64,000 nucleotides of DNA from an uncultured Acidobacteriota bacterium (GTDB lineage: Bacteria > Acidobacteriota > Thermoanaerobaculia > Multivoradales > UBA5704), in contig OY969474.1 of assembly GCA_963700145.1 (NCBI GenBank), positions 4,864,001-4,928,000 on the forward strand, given 5' to 3'. Position numbers and translations under genes: made by a program. The notes under the pieces were generated by a model. It saw nothing but the letters and a program-made list of their open reading frames with translations. It was not told where the DNA came from and did not search any database. Positions 19,099 to 29,683 of this stretch are shown here, in pieces. The stretch's first letter is position 1. Each line of letters begins with the position of its first letter.

Positions 19099-21264
19099 AT
19101 GCACCGATCCGTTCGTCCCCGCTGGCCGCTCCTCGCGCTCGGCCTGCTCCTCGCCCCCGCCGCCTGGTCGCAGGTCCAGATCGACAGCGCGAACGCGCCG
19201 GCGGGCCGGCTCGCCCTCGAGACGCCCGCGCCGCCGGTGGCCACGACGCTGCCGGTCGAAACCAAGATCCACGGCCGCACCCTGGTCGATCCCTACGCCT
19301 GGCTGCGCGGTAAGGAGAAGCCGGAGGTCGTCGCCTACCTGGAGGCCGAGAACCGCTACACCGAAGCGGTGATGAAGCCGACCGCGGCGCTGCAGGAGAA
19401 GCTCTACAAGGAGCTGGTGGGGCGGATCAAGGAGACCGACCTCTCGGTGCCGTCGCGGCGCGACGATTACTGGTACTACTCGCGCGACCGAGCAGGGGAA
19501 GCAGTATCCGATCCAGGCGCGCAAGAAGGGAGGCCTGACGGCGCCGGAGGAGGTGCTGCTCGACCTCAACGCCGCTGCCGAGGGGCAGAAGTACCTCCGG
19601 CTCGGCGGCTTCCAGGTGAGCCCCGATCACGGCAAGCTCGCCTACCTCTACGACACCGACGGCAGCGAGCATTTCACCCTGGCGGTCAAGGACCTGGCGA
19701 CCGGCCGGCTCCTGCCCGACAGCGTCCGCGACCTCTCCTTCGGCCTCGCCTGGGCCAACGACAACAAGACCCTCTTCTACGTCGTCGCCGACCCGAACCG
19801 CCGCCCCTACAAGCTGATGCGCCACGTCCTCGGCAGCGACCCCAAGCAGGACGTGGCCGTCTACGAGGAGCCGGACGAGGCCTTCACCATCTCGATCGGG
19901 CGCACCCGCAGCGATGGCTACCTCGTGCTCTCCAGCGGCGCCACCAAGACGAGCGAGCGGCGGGTGCTCGAGGCCGATCGGCCCGACGGGGAGTTCCGGC
20001 TGATCCAGCCGCGGGAGAAGGGCGTCGAGTACTCCCTCGACCACCACGGCGACCGCTTCTACCTCCGCACCAACGTCGGTGCCGAGGACTTCCGCGTGGT
20101 CAGCGCCCCGGTCGCCACCCCCGGGCGCGAGCACTGGCAGGAGGTGATCCCGGCCCGCGCCGGCGTGCGGGTCGAGGCGCTGAGCATGTTCCGCGGCCAC
20201 ATGGTGGTGACCGAGCGGGTCGAGGGGCTGCAGCGGGTGCGCGTCCGCAACCTGGCGAGCGGCGAGGAGCACGAGGTGAGCTTCCCCGAGCCGACCTACT
20301 TGGTGTGGGTGGGGCCCAACCCGGAGTTCGACACCACGCTCCTCCGCTTCAACTACACCACGCTGGTGACGCCGCACTCGGTCTACGACTACGACATGGC
20401 GACGCGCAAGCGCGACCTGATGAAGCAGGAGGAGGTGCTCGGCGGGTACGACCCGACGCAGTACCGCAGCGAGCGACTCGCGGTCACCGCCGCCGACGGT
20501 ACGCGCGTCCCGATCTCGCTGGTCTACAAACAGGGGTTCGTCAAGGACGGCTCGCGGCCCTGCTATCTCGTGGCCTACGGCTCCTACGGTGCGCCCTACG
20601 AAGTCGACTTCTCCTCCAACCGGCTGTCGCTCCTCGACCGCGGCTTCTGCTTCGCTATGGCCCACATCCGCGGCGGCGGCGACCTCGGCGAGCGCTGGTA
20701 CGAGCAGGGGCGGCTGCTGGCCAAGAAGAACACCTTCACCGACTTCATCGCCGCCGCGGAGCACCTCGTCGCCCAGCGCTACACCTCGAAGGGCAAGTTG
20801 GCGATTCAGGGGGGAGCGCGGGCGGCCTGCTGATGGGCGCCGTCGTCAACATGCGCCCCGACCTCTTCGGCGCGGTCATCGCCAAGGTGCCGTTCGTGGA
20901 CGTCATCAACACCATGCTCGACGCCACGATCCCGCTCACCGCCCAGGAGTTCGACGAGTGGGGCAACCCCAAGGACCCGCGGTACTTCGAGTACATGCTG
21001 AGCTATTCGCCCTACGACAACGTGGCGGCGGTCGAGTACCCGCCGATGCTGGTGACGACCGGCCTCAACGACCCGCGGGTGGCCTACTGGGAGCCGGCGA
21101 AGTGGGTGGCGAAGCTGCGGGCGACCAAGAAGGGCGACGACCGCCTGCTGCTCAAGACCAACATGGGCGCCGGCCACCTCGGCGCCTCCGGCCGCTACGA
21201 CTACCTGCGCGAGATCGCCTTCGACTACGCGTTCCTCTTCGACGTGCTGGGGGTGGAGGGGTGA
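19099..21264 (+). CDS. ptrB: Oligopeptidase B (S9A); two compensating frameshifts near 19487 and 20810
   Basis: [43 protein letters not shown] (split by frameshift), [21 protein letters not shown]. Confidence 0.9.
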   Translation: MHRSVRPRWPLLALGLLLAPAAWSQVQIDSANAPAGRLALETPAPPVATTLPVETKIHGRTLVDPYAWLRGKEKPEVVAYLEAENRYTEAVMKPTAALQEKLYKELVGRIKETDLSVPSRRDDYWYYSRDRAGEAVSDPGAQEGRPDGAGGGAARPQRRCRGAEVPPARRLPGEPRSRQARLPLRHRRQRAFHPGGQGPGDRPAPARQRPRPLLRPRLGQRQQDPLLRRRRPEPPPLQADAPRPRQRPQAGRGRLRGAGRGLHHLDRAHPQRWLPRALQRRHQDERAAGARGRSARRGVPADPAAGEGRRVLPRPPRRPLLPPHQRRCRGLPRGQRPGRHPRARALAGGDPGPRRRAGRGAEHVPRPHGGDRAGRGAAAGARPQPGERRGARGELPRADLLGVGGAQPGVRHHAPPLQLHHAGDAALGLRLRHGDAQARPDEAGGGARRVRPDAVPQRATRGHRRRRYARPDLAGLQTGVRQGRLAALLSRGLRLLRCALRSRLLLQPAVAPRPRLLLRYGPHPRRRRPRRALVRAGAAAGQEEHLHRLHRRRGAPRRPALHLEGQVGDSGGSAGGLLMGAVVNMRPDLFGAVIAKVPFVDVINTMLDATIPLTAQEFDEWGNPKDPRYFEYMLSYSPYDNVAAVEYPPMLVTTGLNDPRVAYWEPAKWVAKLRATKKGDDRLLLKTNMGAGHLGASGRYDYLREIAFDYAFLFDVLGVEG

Positions 21265-21408
21265 GAGTCTTCCCCCCCGCGGGCTACCTGAGCGACTTCT
21301 TTTTCGACGTGAGGCTCGACATCTAGGCGCATCACGGCCGGTCCCGCTTCCTCCACAGGAGACCCCACCCTTTTCGGAGGCGGGCATCGTTCTTGTAGAT
21401 TGGACAAG

Positions 21409-24396
21409 ATGGCCTCTCACATGGCAGAAGAAACTCAAGAACCGACTCACAGGCACGATGCGTTCATCAGCTACTCTCGTAGGGACAAAGAGTTTGCCCT
21501 GAGACTAGGCAAGGCGCTAAGGGCCTACAAGCCGCCCAAGGACCTCGACGTCCCACAGCGCAACCTCGATGTTTTCCGTGACGAAGAAGACTTCACCGGC
21601 GTGGAGTATCACGCCTCCGTGGGAAAGCACCTCAAGAGCTCGGCCAAGCTTATCGTCCTCTGTTCGCCAAACTCGCGCAAAAGCGAGTATGTCAACGCAG
21701 AAATCCGGCAGTTCACCGAAATCAACGGTGCGGACAACCTCGTCCCAGTCCTCGTGTCGGGCACTCCAAACAACGAAGCCTCGCCGGGAGAGGCAGACCA
21801 GATGGCGTTTCCAGACGCACTCTGTGACGCCTTGCAGATGCCTCTGGCCGTCGACTATCGGGACTTTGACCTGAAAAAAGACAAGGTGAACAAGGGCATC
21901 TTCTATGGGCCCTGGTACACAATCCTCGCCAACATCTACGGCACGAGCCGCAACCAGATCGAACAGCGCGAGAAGCAAAGAGAAGCGCGAAGACGTCGGA
22001 TTACGCGAGGCACTGTCAGCGGTGTTACGACCGTTCTACTTGTGGCTTTGGTAATCACCCTCTTCTTCTGGCGGCAGGCGGTTGAGCAGAGAACGGTGGC
22101 CATGGCCAGGCAATTCGCGGCTCAAGCTGAGCTCGTACGAAACCAACATGTGACCTTGCTCGAGCGGAGCGTCCTGCTGGCTGCGGAATCAATGAAGCGC
22201 GCACCCTCTCTCGAGGCAGACCTGGTTCTCCGGCCGCAAGTGGCGTTGCTGCCCCGTCCCCTCGCTGTCATGTCCCACGGCAGTGAGGTGAACGAGGTCG
22301 CCTTCAGCAGCGATCGAAAGCTCGCGGCGACGGGAACCGCAAGGGACGTCAAGGTGTGGGAACTGGCGACCGGCCGTGAAGTGGCCCGCTTGGTGCCGTT
22401 GGTTCCGGTCGGCGGCATCGTGTTCAGCCCCGACGGGAGATATCTGGCGACGGCGAGCGGAGCGACAGACCCTTTTTGGCCCAAAAACTATGCCGCTCAG
22501 GTCTGGGACCTACAGGACCGCCGGGAGGTCGCGCGCATGCCCCACGACGAGCCGGTGGAGGAATTGGCCTTTGGCCCAGATGGGAAGCACCTCGCCACGA
22601 TCGATGGCCGGAACGCCAGGATATGGGAGGCCGCCACGGGCCGGGAGGTCTTGCGGCTCCCGCATGAGGCGAGCGTGCTCGCCGTTGCCTTCAGCCCGGA
22701 TGGCCGATACCTGGCCACCGGAACGAATCACGGCACCGCCCGCATTTGGACTACACACACCAACCGAGAAGTCGTTCGCATGGAGCATGATGGAAGCGTG
22801 ACCGGCTGCGCCTTCAGCGCCGATGGGGAGCGTCTGCTGACGACCAGCGATGCCACCAGGATTTGGGAAGTAGCCGGCGGCCGTGAGCTGACGCGCATTT
22901 CGCACCCCGCTGTTAGCGCCGTATTCAGCCCGAGCGGGGAGGAGCTCGCGACTGCGGGTGGGGACGGCACCGCCAGGATATGGGACGCGGCGACCGGTCT
23001 GGAGCTCGCCCGTATGGCTCACGCCCGCATGGCTGACGGCCGCGCGGTCACGGACGTCGCCTTCAGCCCGGATGGCGCCTACGTAGCGACGGCCGGCTTC
23101 GACGATACCGCCAGAATGTGGACAATCGACGGTAAGGAGGTAACTCGCCTTCTCCATCGCTTCGTGAAGTTCGTAGCCTTCAGCGCGGGAGGCAGGCGTC
23201 TAGCGACCGCAAGCCTCGACGGTACGGTTCGGTTATGGGAGGCGACCGCTGGTCGCGAGGCTGCCGTAATGCCTCACGAGGATGCCGTGTTTGCGATTGC
23301 GTTCAGCCCGGACGGAAAGTACCTGACGACGAGGAGCAATGACCGCCCTGTGCGGGTTTGGGAGGCGTCCTCAGGCCGGGAAGTCGCCCATATCCCGCAC
23401 CTATATGGCGCAAATTACGCGGCGTTCAGTCCCAACGACGGAAAGTATCTCGCCATCGCCAGCGACGCGGGGGCTCAGCTCGTGGAGCCTGTCACCGGCC
23501 GTCGAGTTGTCTCGTTGCCGGGTGCGGGGAGCGTAGGACACCTTGCGTTCGCTCCGGACGGGAAACATCTCGCGACGGCAGGTCTGGATGGTTACGCCCG
23601 AGTGTGGAAGATACCGTCTGGCCGGGAAGTCGCCCGCATTCGTCATTCAGACGGGCTGGCCGCGATTGCGTTCAGCCCGGACGAAAAGCATCTGGTCACC
23701 GTCACCGTCAATACGGATCAGGTCGTTGTCTGGGAGGCGGCTACTGGCCGGGAAGTAGCGCGCATGACGTTCGAAGATAGTCTGGATGCCATTGTATTCA
23801 GCCCGGATGGTAAGTACCTCGCAGCGACCGCTGCTCTGGGCGTTGCCGTCGCGGGGGTATGGGAGGCCACCACGGGTCGGGAAGTCGGGCGCCTGGCCCA
23901 TGAGGGTGGGGCGACGTCCGCTGCTTTTAGTCCCGATGGGAGATACCTCGCGACGGCAGGTCTGGACGGGACGGGACGGGTGTGGAGGATCACCAGCGGC
24001 AAGGAAGTCGCTCGCTTGAGCGCTCCGGTCCATGCCGTTGTCTTTAGCGCCGATGGAACCTATCTGGCTACGGCAAGCATCGACGGCACTGCCCGGGTCT
24101 GGGAAGCCGCCACGGGGCGTGAGATCGCGCGGATGCAACACCAAGGTGTTGTGGTGGCGATCGCCTTCAGCCCCGACGGCAGGTATCTGGGGACCGCGAG
24201 CATGGACTCTACGTGGGGCATGGACTCTACGGCCCGGACATGGCTTGTGCGGCCGAATGACCTGGTCGCCGAGGCCTGCGCGCGCCTGACCCGCAACCTC
24301 ACTCGAGAGGAATGGCGTCAGTATGTGGGCGATGAGCCGTATTCCCCAACATGTCCGAATCTGCCGTCCCCTTCCCAAAGGTCTGGGGCGCCCTAA
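21409..24396 (+). CDS. TIR domain - transmembrane helix - WD40 beta-propeller protein
   Basis: DAFISYSRRD, LIVLCSPNSRKSEYVNAEI; TM GVTTVLLVALVITLFFW; many AFSPDG..LAT..DGTARVW repeats; lower GC. Confidence 0.92.
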   Translation: MASHMAEETQEPTHRHDAFISYSRRDKEFALRLGKALRAYKPPKDLDVPQRNLDVFRDEEDFTGVEYHASVGKHLKSSAKLIVLCSPNSRKSEYVNAEIRQFTEINGADNLVPVLVSGTPNNEASPGEADQMAFPDALCDALQMPLAVDYRDFDLKKDKVNKGIFYGPWYTILANIYGTSRNQIEQREKQREARRRRITRGTVSGVTTVLLVALVITLFFWRQAVEQRTVAMARQFAAQAELVRNQHVTLLERSVLLAAESMKRAPSLEADLVLRPQVALLPRPLAVMSHGSEVNEVAFSSDRKLAATGTARDVKVWELATGREVARLVPLVPVGGIVFSPDGRYLATASGATDPFWPKNYAAQVWDLQDRREVARMPHDEPVEELAFGPDGKHLATIDGRNARIWEAATGREVLRLPHEASVLAVAFSPDGRYLATGTNHGTARIWTTHTNREVVRMEHDGSVTGCAFSADGERLLTTSDATRIWEVAGGRELTRISHPAVSAVFSPSGEELATAGGDGTARIWDAATGLELARMAHARMADGRAVTDVAFSPDGAYVATAGFDDTARMWTIDGKEVTRLLHRFVKFVAFSAGGRRLATASLDGTVRLWEATAGREAAVMPHEDAVFAIAFSPDGKYLTTRSNDRPVRVWEASSGREVAHIPHLYGANYAAFSPNDGKYLAIASDAGAQLVEPVTGRRVVSLPGAGSVGHLAFAPDGKHLATAGLDGYARVWKIPSGREVARIRHSDGLAAIAFSPDEKHLVTVTVNTDQVVVWEAATGREVARMTFEDSLDAIVFSPDGKYLAATAALGVAVAGVWEATTGREVGRLAHEGGATSAAFSPDGRYLATAGLDGTGRVWRITSGKEVARLSAPVHAVVFSADGTYLATASIDGTARVWEAATGREIARMQHQGVVVAIAFSPDGRYLGTASMDSTWGMDSTARTWLVRPNDLVAEACARLTRNLTREEWRQYVGDEPYSPTCPNLPSPSQRSGAP

Positions 24397-24956
24397 GGCG
24401 TGCTCAGCGCCCGCTCGAGGAAGCGCGCGGCGCGGACGTAGAACTCGACGACGTTCTCGCGGCGGGAGAGGGAGTGGCCTTCGTTCTCCTTGACCATGTA
24501 CTCGACGGGGACGCGGCGGCGGCGGAGGGAGTCGACGATGAGGTCGGACTCCGAGCGCGGCACGCGCGGGTCGTTGGCGCCGGCGTAGACGAAGAGCGGA
24601 TCGACGATCCGGTCGGCGACGAGCAGCGGCGAGATCGAGTCGAGGAAGGCGTCGTCCTTGCCGAGCTCGCCGAACTCCAGGCGGAAGAGCTCGCGGATGA
24701 CGCCCATGGTGGTGCGCAGGAAGGTCTGCATGTTGGCGACGCCGAAGAGGTTGACGCCGGCGCGCCAGATGTCGGGATCGCGGGTGAGCGAGGCGAGCAC
24801 CGTATAGCCGCCGTAGCTGCCGCCCATGACCACCAGGCGCTGCGGGTCCGCCAAGGGAAAGCTGCGCCGCCGTCCAGCGCGCCGCGGTCTCGACGTCGCG
24901 CAGGGCGTTGGGCCGCAGGCGGCCGTTGTCGGCCATCTCGAGGGCACGCCCGAAGC
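24393..24956 (-). pseudogene. Truncated diverged copy of the 3' part of the S9 peptidase gene (25867-26426)
   Basis: Near-identical DNA to 25867-26426; 5' end missing; frameshift near 24855. Confidence 0.9.
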
Positions 24957-24958
24957 TC

Positions 24959-25058
24959 CCTCGGGCCGCTACTACTACCTGCGCCAGATCGCCTTCGACT
25001 ACGCCTTCCTCTTCGACGTGCTGGGGGTGGGGGGTAACTCCACCCCCGCGGCCTACCG
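24959..25058 (+). repeat. Diverged copy of the oligopeptidase B 3' end and downstream bases
   Basis: [22 protein letters not shown] versus [22 protein letters not shown] at 21190-21264. Confidence 0.88.
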
Positions 25059-25082
25059 CGACTGACGGCCCCGGCTGCGGCG

Positions 25083-25130
25083 CGTGCTCGCAGCCGGTGA
25101 TGAGGCCGCCGGCGACCGTCACGCCGGGGA
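25083..25130 (-). repeat. Diverged copy of the 3' end of the beta-helix gene (about 27868-27916)
   Basis: PGVTVAGGLITGCEHA versus PGVTVTGGPVTGCEHV. Confidence 0.75.
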
Positions 25131-25167
25131 CCCGGGGCACGGCCCTGGGTCCGCCACCCCGCGGTCG

Positions 25168-25791
25168 CTACTTCTTGGTGTAGGTGATCTCCATCATCTT
25201 CATCTCTTTGCCGTCCTTGCCGGGCCCGTGCATCTCGAAGACCTCGGTGGTCGGGCTGGTCCAGCGGCTCGTCATGCGGGCCTGCACCGGGCCCTTCTTG
25301 ATCGGATCGTTCCAGGAACCGGTGAAGGTACAGGCGCCGCTCTCGTCGCAGGTGCCCTCGCTCACCATCACCCCGGTCGACATGCTGTCGTTCCAGGTCG
25401 CCCAGTGCTTGCCGGTCACGTTGTCGTAGCCGCTCATGCCGTGGCCGGTGAAAGGCATGCCCATGATCGAGCTCTTGACCTCCTCGACCATCACTCGCCC
25501 GTCGAGCGCCATGGAGCGCGTCGCGGTGCCGGTCGACTCCATCGCCGGCCCGCCGGGCTCGTTCCAGCTCTTGATCAGGATGTCGTAGTCGCCGGCCATG
25601 GCGGCCAGCTTCTGGTGCGGGGCGCCGGGAGTCCCGGCCGCCATGTAGGCCGCCATCTCGGCCTTCTGCTCGTCGGTCATCTCCGGCATGGCCGGCTTCG
25701 GCTCGTCGCCGACGCTGGCGCGGACGACCAGAGGCGCGGCGAGGACCAGGACCACGACCGCTACGGTATAGCTGAAAGCTCTACGCTTCAT
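25168..25791 (-). CDS. DUF1579 family secreted protein
   Basis: Signal peptide; TPGAPHQKLA..GDY, GMPFTGHG..GYDNVTGKH..WNDSMSTG, MEITYTKK. Confidence 0.85.
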   Translation of the reverse strand: MKRRAFSYTVAVVVLVLAAPLVVRASVGDEPKPAMPEMTDEQKAEMAAYMAAGTPGAPHQKLAAMAGDYDILIKSWNEPGGPAMESTGTATRSMALDGRVMVEEVKSSIMGMPFTGHGMSGYDNVTGKHWATWNDSMSTGVMVSEGTCDESGACTFTGSWNDPIKKGPVQARMTSRWTSPTTEVFEMHGPGKDGKEMKMMEITYTKK

Positions 25792-25866
25792 TGCAGGCTC
25801 CTCCTCTTCGTCTTGGGTGGCTCGAAACCCCTCCAGTATACGACCGGGGGACGTGGCGACCGGCAC

Positions 25867-27825
25867 TTACGGCGCGCTCAGCGCCCGTTCAAGGAAGCGC
25901 GCCGCGCGGACGTAGAATTCGACGACGTTCTCGCGGCGGGCGAGGGAGTGGCCCTCGTTCTCCTTGACCATGTACTCGACGGGGACGCGGCGCCGGCGCA
26001 GCGAGTCGACGATCAAGTCGGACTCCGAACGCGGCACGCGCGGGTCGTTGGCGCCGGCGTAGACGAAGAGCGGGTCGACGATCTTGTCGGCGACGAGCAG
26101 CGGCGAGATCGAGTCGAGGAAGGCGTCGTCCTTGCCGAGCTCGCCGAACTCCAAGCGGAAGAGCTCGCGGATGGCGCCCATGGTGGTGCGCAGGAAGGTC
26201 TGCATGTTGGCGACGCCGAAGAGGTTGACGCCGGCGCGCCAGATGTCGGGATCGCGGGTGAGCGAGGCGAGCACCGTGTAGCCGCCGTAGCTGCCGCCCA
26301 TGACCACCAGGCGCTGCGGGTCCGCCCAGGGCTGCGCCGCCGTCCAGCGCGCCGCGGTCGCGACGTCGCGCAGGGCGTTGGGGCGCAGGTGGCCGTTGTC
26401 GGCCATCTCGAAGGCGCGGCCGAAGCCGCCCGAGCCGCGCACGTTGGGCTCGACGACGGCGTAGCCCAGCGCGGTGAAATAGCGGATCACCGTGCTCCAG
26501 CGCGCCCGCGAGACGCCGGCGGGCCCGCCGTGGTAGGAGACGACGACCGGCAGCTTGCGGCCGGCGGCTCCGGCCGGCACGTAGGTCAGGAGCGGGATGC
26601 GGCCGCCGTCGAAGGCCCGCGTCTCCGTGAGCGTGGTCTCGATCGCCGGCAGGCGGGCGAGCGTCGGGCGCTGCTCGTGGCGCAGCGGCCGCGCCTTCCC
26701 CCTCGCCGCCTCGACCGCGAAGAGGTCCCCCGGCACGTCGGGCGTCGACCAGGAGACCGGGAACCAGGTGCCGTCCTGGCTGAAGTCGCCGATGCCGCCC
26801 GAGCCGAGCGGCAGATCGGCCTCGACCTGCGGGCGCAGGGTCGCCGCGTCGAGGACCTTTGCTTCGGTGTGGTCGCCGGCGTCGACGAGGATCGCCAGCC
26901 GCTCGTCGCTCGCGAAGAGCTCGGAGACGGCGGCGGTCGGCGGGTCGGTCTCGACGTAGCGCGCCAGCTCGCGGCCGCTCTCGGCGTCGAGGGCGAGCAG
27001 CAGGGCCTCCTCGCCGCCGCCATCGGTTGCCACGTAGACCCGCCGCCCGTCGGGCGAGAAGCCGGCGTTGTGGATCGCCACCTTCCTGCCCTGCGGCGGG
27101 TAGAGCTCGCGCGCCTTGCCGGTCTCGAGGTCGAGGAGGAGCAGGGTGTTCTCGGTCCCGGTCGGGACACGGACGTAGATCGCCTGGCGGCCGTCGCGGC
27201 GGAGGCCCGCGACCACGCCGAAGACCGGGTCGGTGTAGACGCCCCGCGCCGCCGCTCCGGGGCCGAGCGCCTGCACGTAGACCGTCGTCGTCGGCTCGGC
27301 ATGTTGGCGGGCCGAGAAGACCATGCGGTCGGGCATGCCGTCGGCGACGAAGGGGAAGTCCCGGTTGAGCCGCTCGGCCGAGGTGAGCTCCACCGGCTCG
27401 CCGCCGGCGAGGTCGAGCCGGTAGATCGACCAGTTCTCGTCGGCGCCGCGGTCGGACTGGAAGAGGAGCGAGCGCCCGTCCGGCAGGGCCACGGGGTTTG
27501 CGACCCGCTCGCCGGTGCGCACCAGCCGCCTCGCCGGCGCCTCCGGCTGGTCGGCGGGGGCGAGGTAGAGCTGCGGCAGGCCGTCGCGGTTCGACACGAA
27601 GAGGACGCTCTTGCCGTCCCGGGTCAGCGCCGGGCTGTTGTTGGTGAAGGCGTCGAAGACCGCTTCGATGACGGTCGTCAGCTCCCCGGCGCGGGCGTCC
27701 GCCGGCGGCGCCGGGTCCGGCTCGACCCGCGGCGCGACCTGCGCCGCCGGCTGCGGGGCGCCGAGGGCAACGCCGGCGCTCAGGAACGCGAAAGCTGCCA
27801 GCCGAAGAGAGCGTGAAGCGCGCAT
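25867..27825 (-). CDS. S9 family serine peptidase with beta-propeller
   Basis: Signal peptide; HGGP, NVRGSGGFG, GGSYGG nucleophile, DPRVP, EGH. Confidence 0.93.
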   Translation of the reverse strand: MRASRSLRLAAFAFLSAGVALGAPQPAAQVAPRVEPDPAPPADARAGELTTVIEAVFDAFTNNSPALTRDGKSVLFVSNRDGLPQLYLAPADQPEAPARRLVRTGERVANPVALPDGRSLLFQSDRGADENWSIYRLDLAGGEPVELTSAERLNRDFPFVADGMPDRMVFSARQHAEPTTTVYVQALGPGAAARGVYTDPVFGVVAGLRRDGRQAIYVRVPTGTENTLLLLDLETGKARELYPPQGRKVAIHNAGFSPDGRRVYVATDGGGEEALLLALDAESGRELARYVETDPPTAAVSELFASDERLAILVDAGDHTEAKVLDAATLRPQVEADLPLGSGGIGDFSQDGTWFPVSWSTPDVPGDLFAVEAARGKARPLRHEQRPTLARLPAIETTLTETRAFDGGRIPLLTYVPAGAAGRKLPVVVSYHGGPAGVSRARWSTVIRYFTALGYAVVEPNVRGSGGFGRAFEMADNGHLRPNALRDVATAARWTAAQPWADPQRLVVMGGSYGGYTVLASLTRDPDIWRAGVNLFGVANMQTFLRTTMGAIRELFRLEFGELGKDDAFLDSISPLLVADKIVDPLFVYAGANDPRVPRSESDLIVDSLRRRRVPVEYMVKENEGHSLARRENVVEFYVRAARFLERALSAP

Positions 27826-27860
27826 GCTCCTACGCTAGCAGAGCCTCCACCCGGCGCCGG

Positions 27861-29006
27861 TCAGGGCACGTGCTCGCAGCCGGTGACGGGGCCGCCGGTG
27901 ACGGTCACGCCGGGGTCCTTCCAGGCGTCGCCGGCGCTGTCGCAGGCGAGGGTGCCGTTGACGGTCGTGGCGCCGCGCAGCAGGGCGCGCGAGAAGGTGC
28001 TCACCACCGTGTGCCCCGTGAGCTGGCTCTCCAGGCCGTTCTCGGGAGAGGGGTCGGCGCTGAGCGTCGAGAAGGCGTCGAGGACGTTGGGGAGCGGGTT
28101 GCCCGACGGCCCCACGCCGGTCGAGGTCTGCTGCGCGCCGTACACCAGGATCTCCCCGTGGTCACCCGCCTGCAACTGCCCGGCGAACGGCCCGGCCCCG
28201 AACATCGCCGCGATCCCGTGCGAGAAGGCCGCGCCCGCCGTGCGGGTGACGTTGAGGCTGCAGGAGTAGGCGGGGTTGTCCTCGCTCACGCAGTCGATGT
28301 CGGCATAGGAATTGTTGATGGCGCGCACTCCCCGCAGGCCCGTCACCACGCTGTCGAGCAGCGACAGCACGCTGCCGCCGTTGGCCGTCGCGGCGGCGAC
28401 GACGTTGTTGTGCACCTGGCAGCCGCGGCAGAACCCCGAGGCATTGCGCTGCACGAAGAGGCCCGACTGGCCGTTGTCCGACAGCGTCAGCTCGGTGGCG
28501 TTGAGGAAGCTGCTGACGGAGACATGGACGCCGTTGGCCGGGTTGCCGACCATGCGGCAGTTGATCGCTTCGATCAGGGAGTACCAGAGGCCGAGGCCGT
28601 GGCCGGTGGGATGGACGAAGGAGAGGTTCTCGACGCGCAGGCCGTCCGAGTACCAGACCTCGAGCGCCGCGTTGGCCGGTGGAGTGACTACGCCGGCGAT
28701 GCCGTCGGTCAGGGGATCGAGGCCGTGCAGGGTCAGCCGCTTGCGCAGCACCTTGACGTTTTCGTTGCACAGCCCGCGCACCTCGAGGACGTCGCCGTCG
28801 ACGCTCTTGTCGATCGCCGCCTGCAGGCTGTCTCCCTTAGTGCAGTCGACGACGGGCGAGCCGCCGGCCTTGGCGGCGGCCGGCGTCGCCTGGAGGCGCG
28901 GCGCGCGGGCCAGGAGCTCCGCCTTGCGGGCGGACGGGGCGGCGCTGGCTGCGGCAAGCGGGCAGAGCACGGCCAGCGCGACGAGAACGAACGCGTTCCC
29001 TCTCAT
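27861..29006 (-). CDS. Secreted right-handed parallel beta-helix protein
   Basis: Signal peptide; VDC..GDSLQAAID..G.C.ENV cap motif; N..GV.V repeats; GAGGAGG RBS. Confidence 0.75.
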   Translation of the reverse strand: MRGNAFVLVALAVLCPLAAASAAPSARKAELLARAPRLQATPAAAKAGGSPVVDCTKGDSLQAAIDKSVDGDVLEVRGLCNENVKVLRKRLTLHGLDPLTDGIAGVVTPPANAALEVWYSDGLRVENLSFVHPTGHGLGLWYSLIEAINCRMVGNPANGVHVSVSSFLNATELTLSDNGQSGLFVQRNASGFCRGCQVHNNVVAAATANGGSVLSLLDSVVTGLRGVRAINNSYADIDCVSEDNPAYSCSLNVTRTAGAAFSHGIAAMFGAGPFAGQLQAGDHGEILVYGAQQTSTGVGPSGNPLPNVLDAFSTLSADPSPENGLESQLTGHTVVSTFSRALLRGATTVNGTLACDSAGDAWKDPGVTVTGGPVTGCEHVP

Positions 29007-29086
29007 GGTTCCCTCCTCTTGAACGGAATTTGAGGCAGCGTAGCACGCGTCCGCGCGCGCTATCCTTGCCCGCGGGAGGAGGCGCG

Positions 29087-29683
29087 ATGGACCGCGAGGC
29101 GGCGTGGCAGCTGGTGCAGGAGAGCGTGCAGGCGGCGGGGCTGCGCCGGCACATGCTGTCGGTCGAGGCGGCGATGCGCGGCTACGCCGCGCGGCTGGGC
29201 GAGGACCCCGAGACCTGGGGGCTCGCCGGGCTCCTCCACGACTGGGACTGGGAGATCCACCCGACGCTCGAGCAGCACCCGGCCGAGGGGGCCCCGGTCC
29301 TGCGCCAGCGGGGGTGCCCGGAGACCGTGGTGCAGGCGATCCTCTCCCACAACACGCCGGGGACCGGCGTCGAGCGCGCGCGCCCGATCGACTACGCGCT
29401 GTTGGCCTGCGACGAGGTGACCGGCTTGATCATCGCCGCCGCCCTCGTCCGCCCGAGCAAGGACGTGCGCGAGGTGGAGGTCAAGTCGATCCAGAAGCGG
29501 TGGAAGGAGAAGGCCTTCGCCGCCGGCGTCGACCGCCCGCACGTCGAGGAGGCCACCGCCGACTTCTCCGGCGCCTGCTTCGCGGGCCAGCTCGGCCTCT
29601 GGGAGCACGTCGGCAACGTGCTCGCGGCGATGCAGGGGGTGGCTACGGACCTGGATTTGGACGGACGGCTGGCTCGGGCGTAA
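29087..29683 (+). CDS. HD-domain (HDIG) metal-dependent phosphohydrolase
   Basis: RHMLSVEAAM, GLLHDWD, ILSH, ACDEVTGLI, KAFAAGV; GGAGGAGG RBS. Confidence 0.9.
   Translation: MDREAAWQLVQESVQAAGLRRHMLSVEAAMRGYAARLGEDPETWGLAGLLHDWDWEIHPTLEQHPAEGAPVLRQRGCPETVVQAILSHNTPGTGVERARPIDYALLACDEVTGLIIAAALVRPSKDVREVEVKSIQKRWKEKAFAAGVDRPHVEEATADFSGACFAGQLGLWEHVGNVLAAMQGVATDLDLDGRLARA

Noticed and set aside
24393-25135. Diversity-generating retroelement template/variable repeats
   Set aside because: Mismatches in the oligopeptidase B copy are not adenine-specific (G>T, G>C, C>G), and no reverse transcriptase is present
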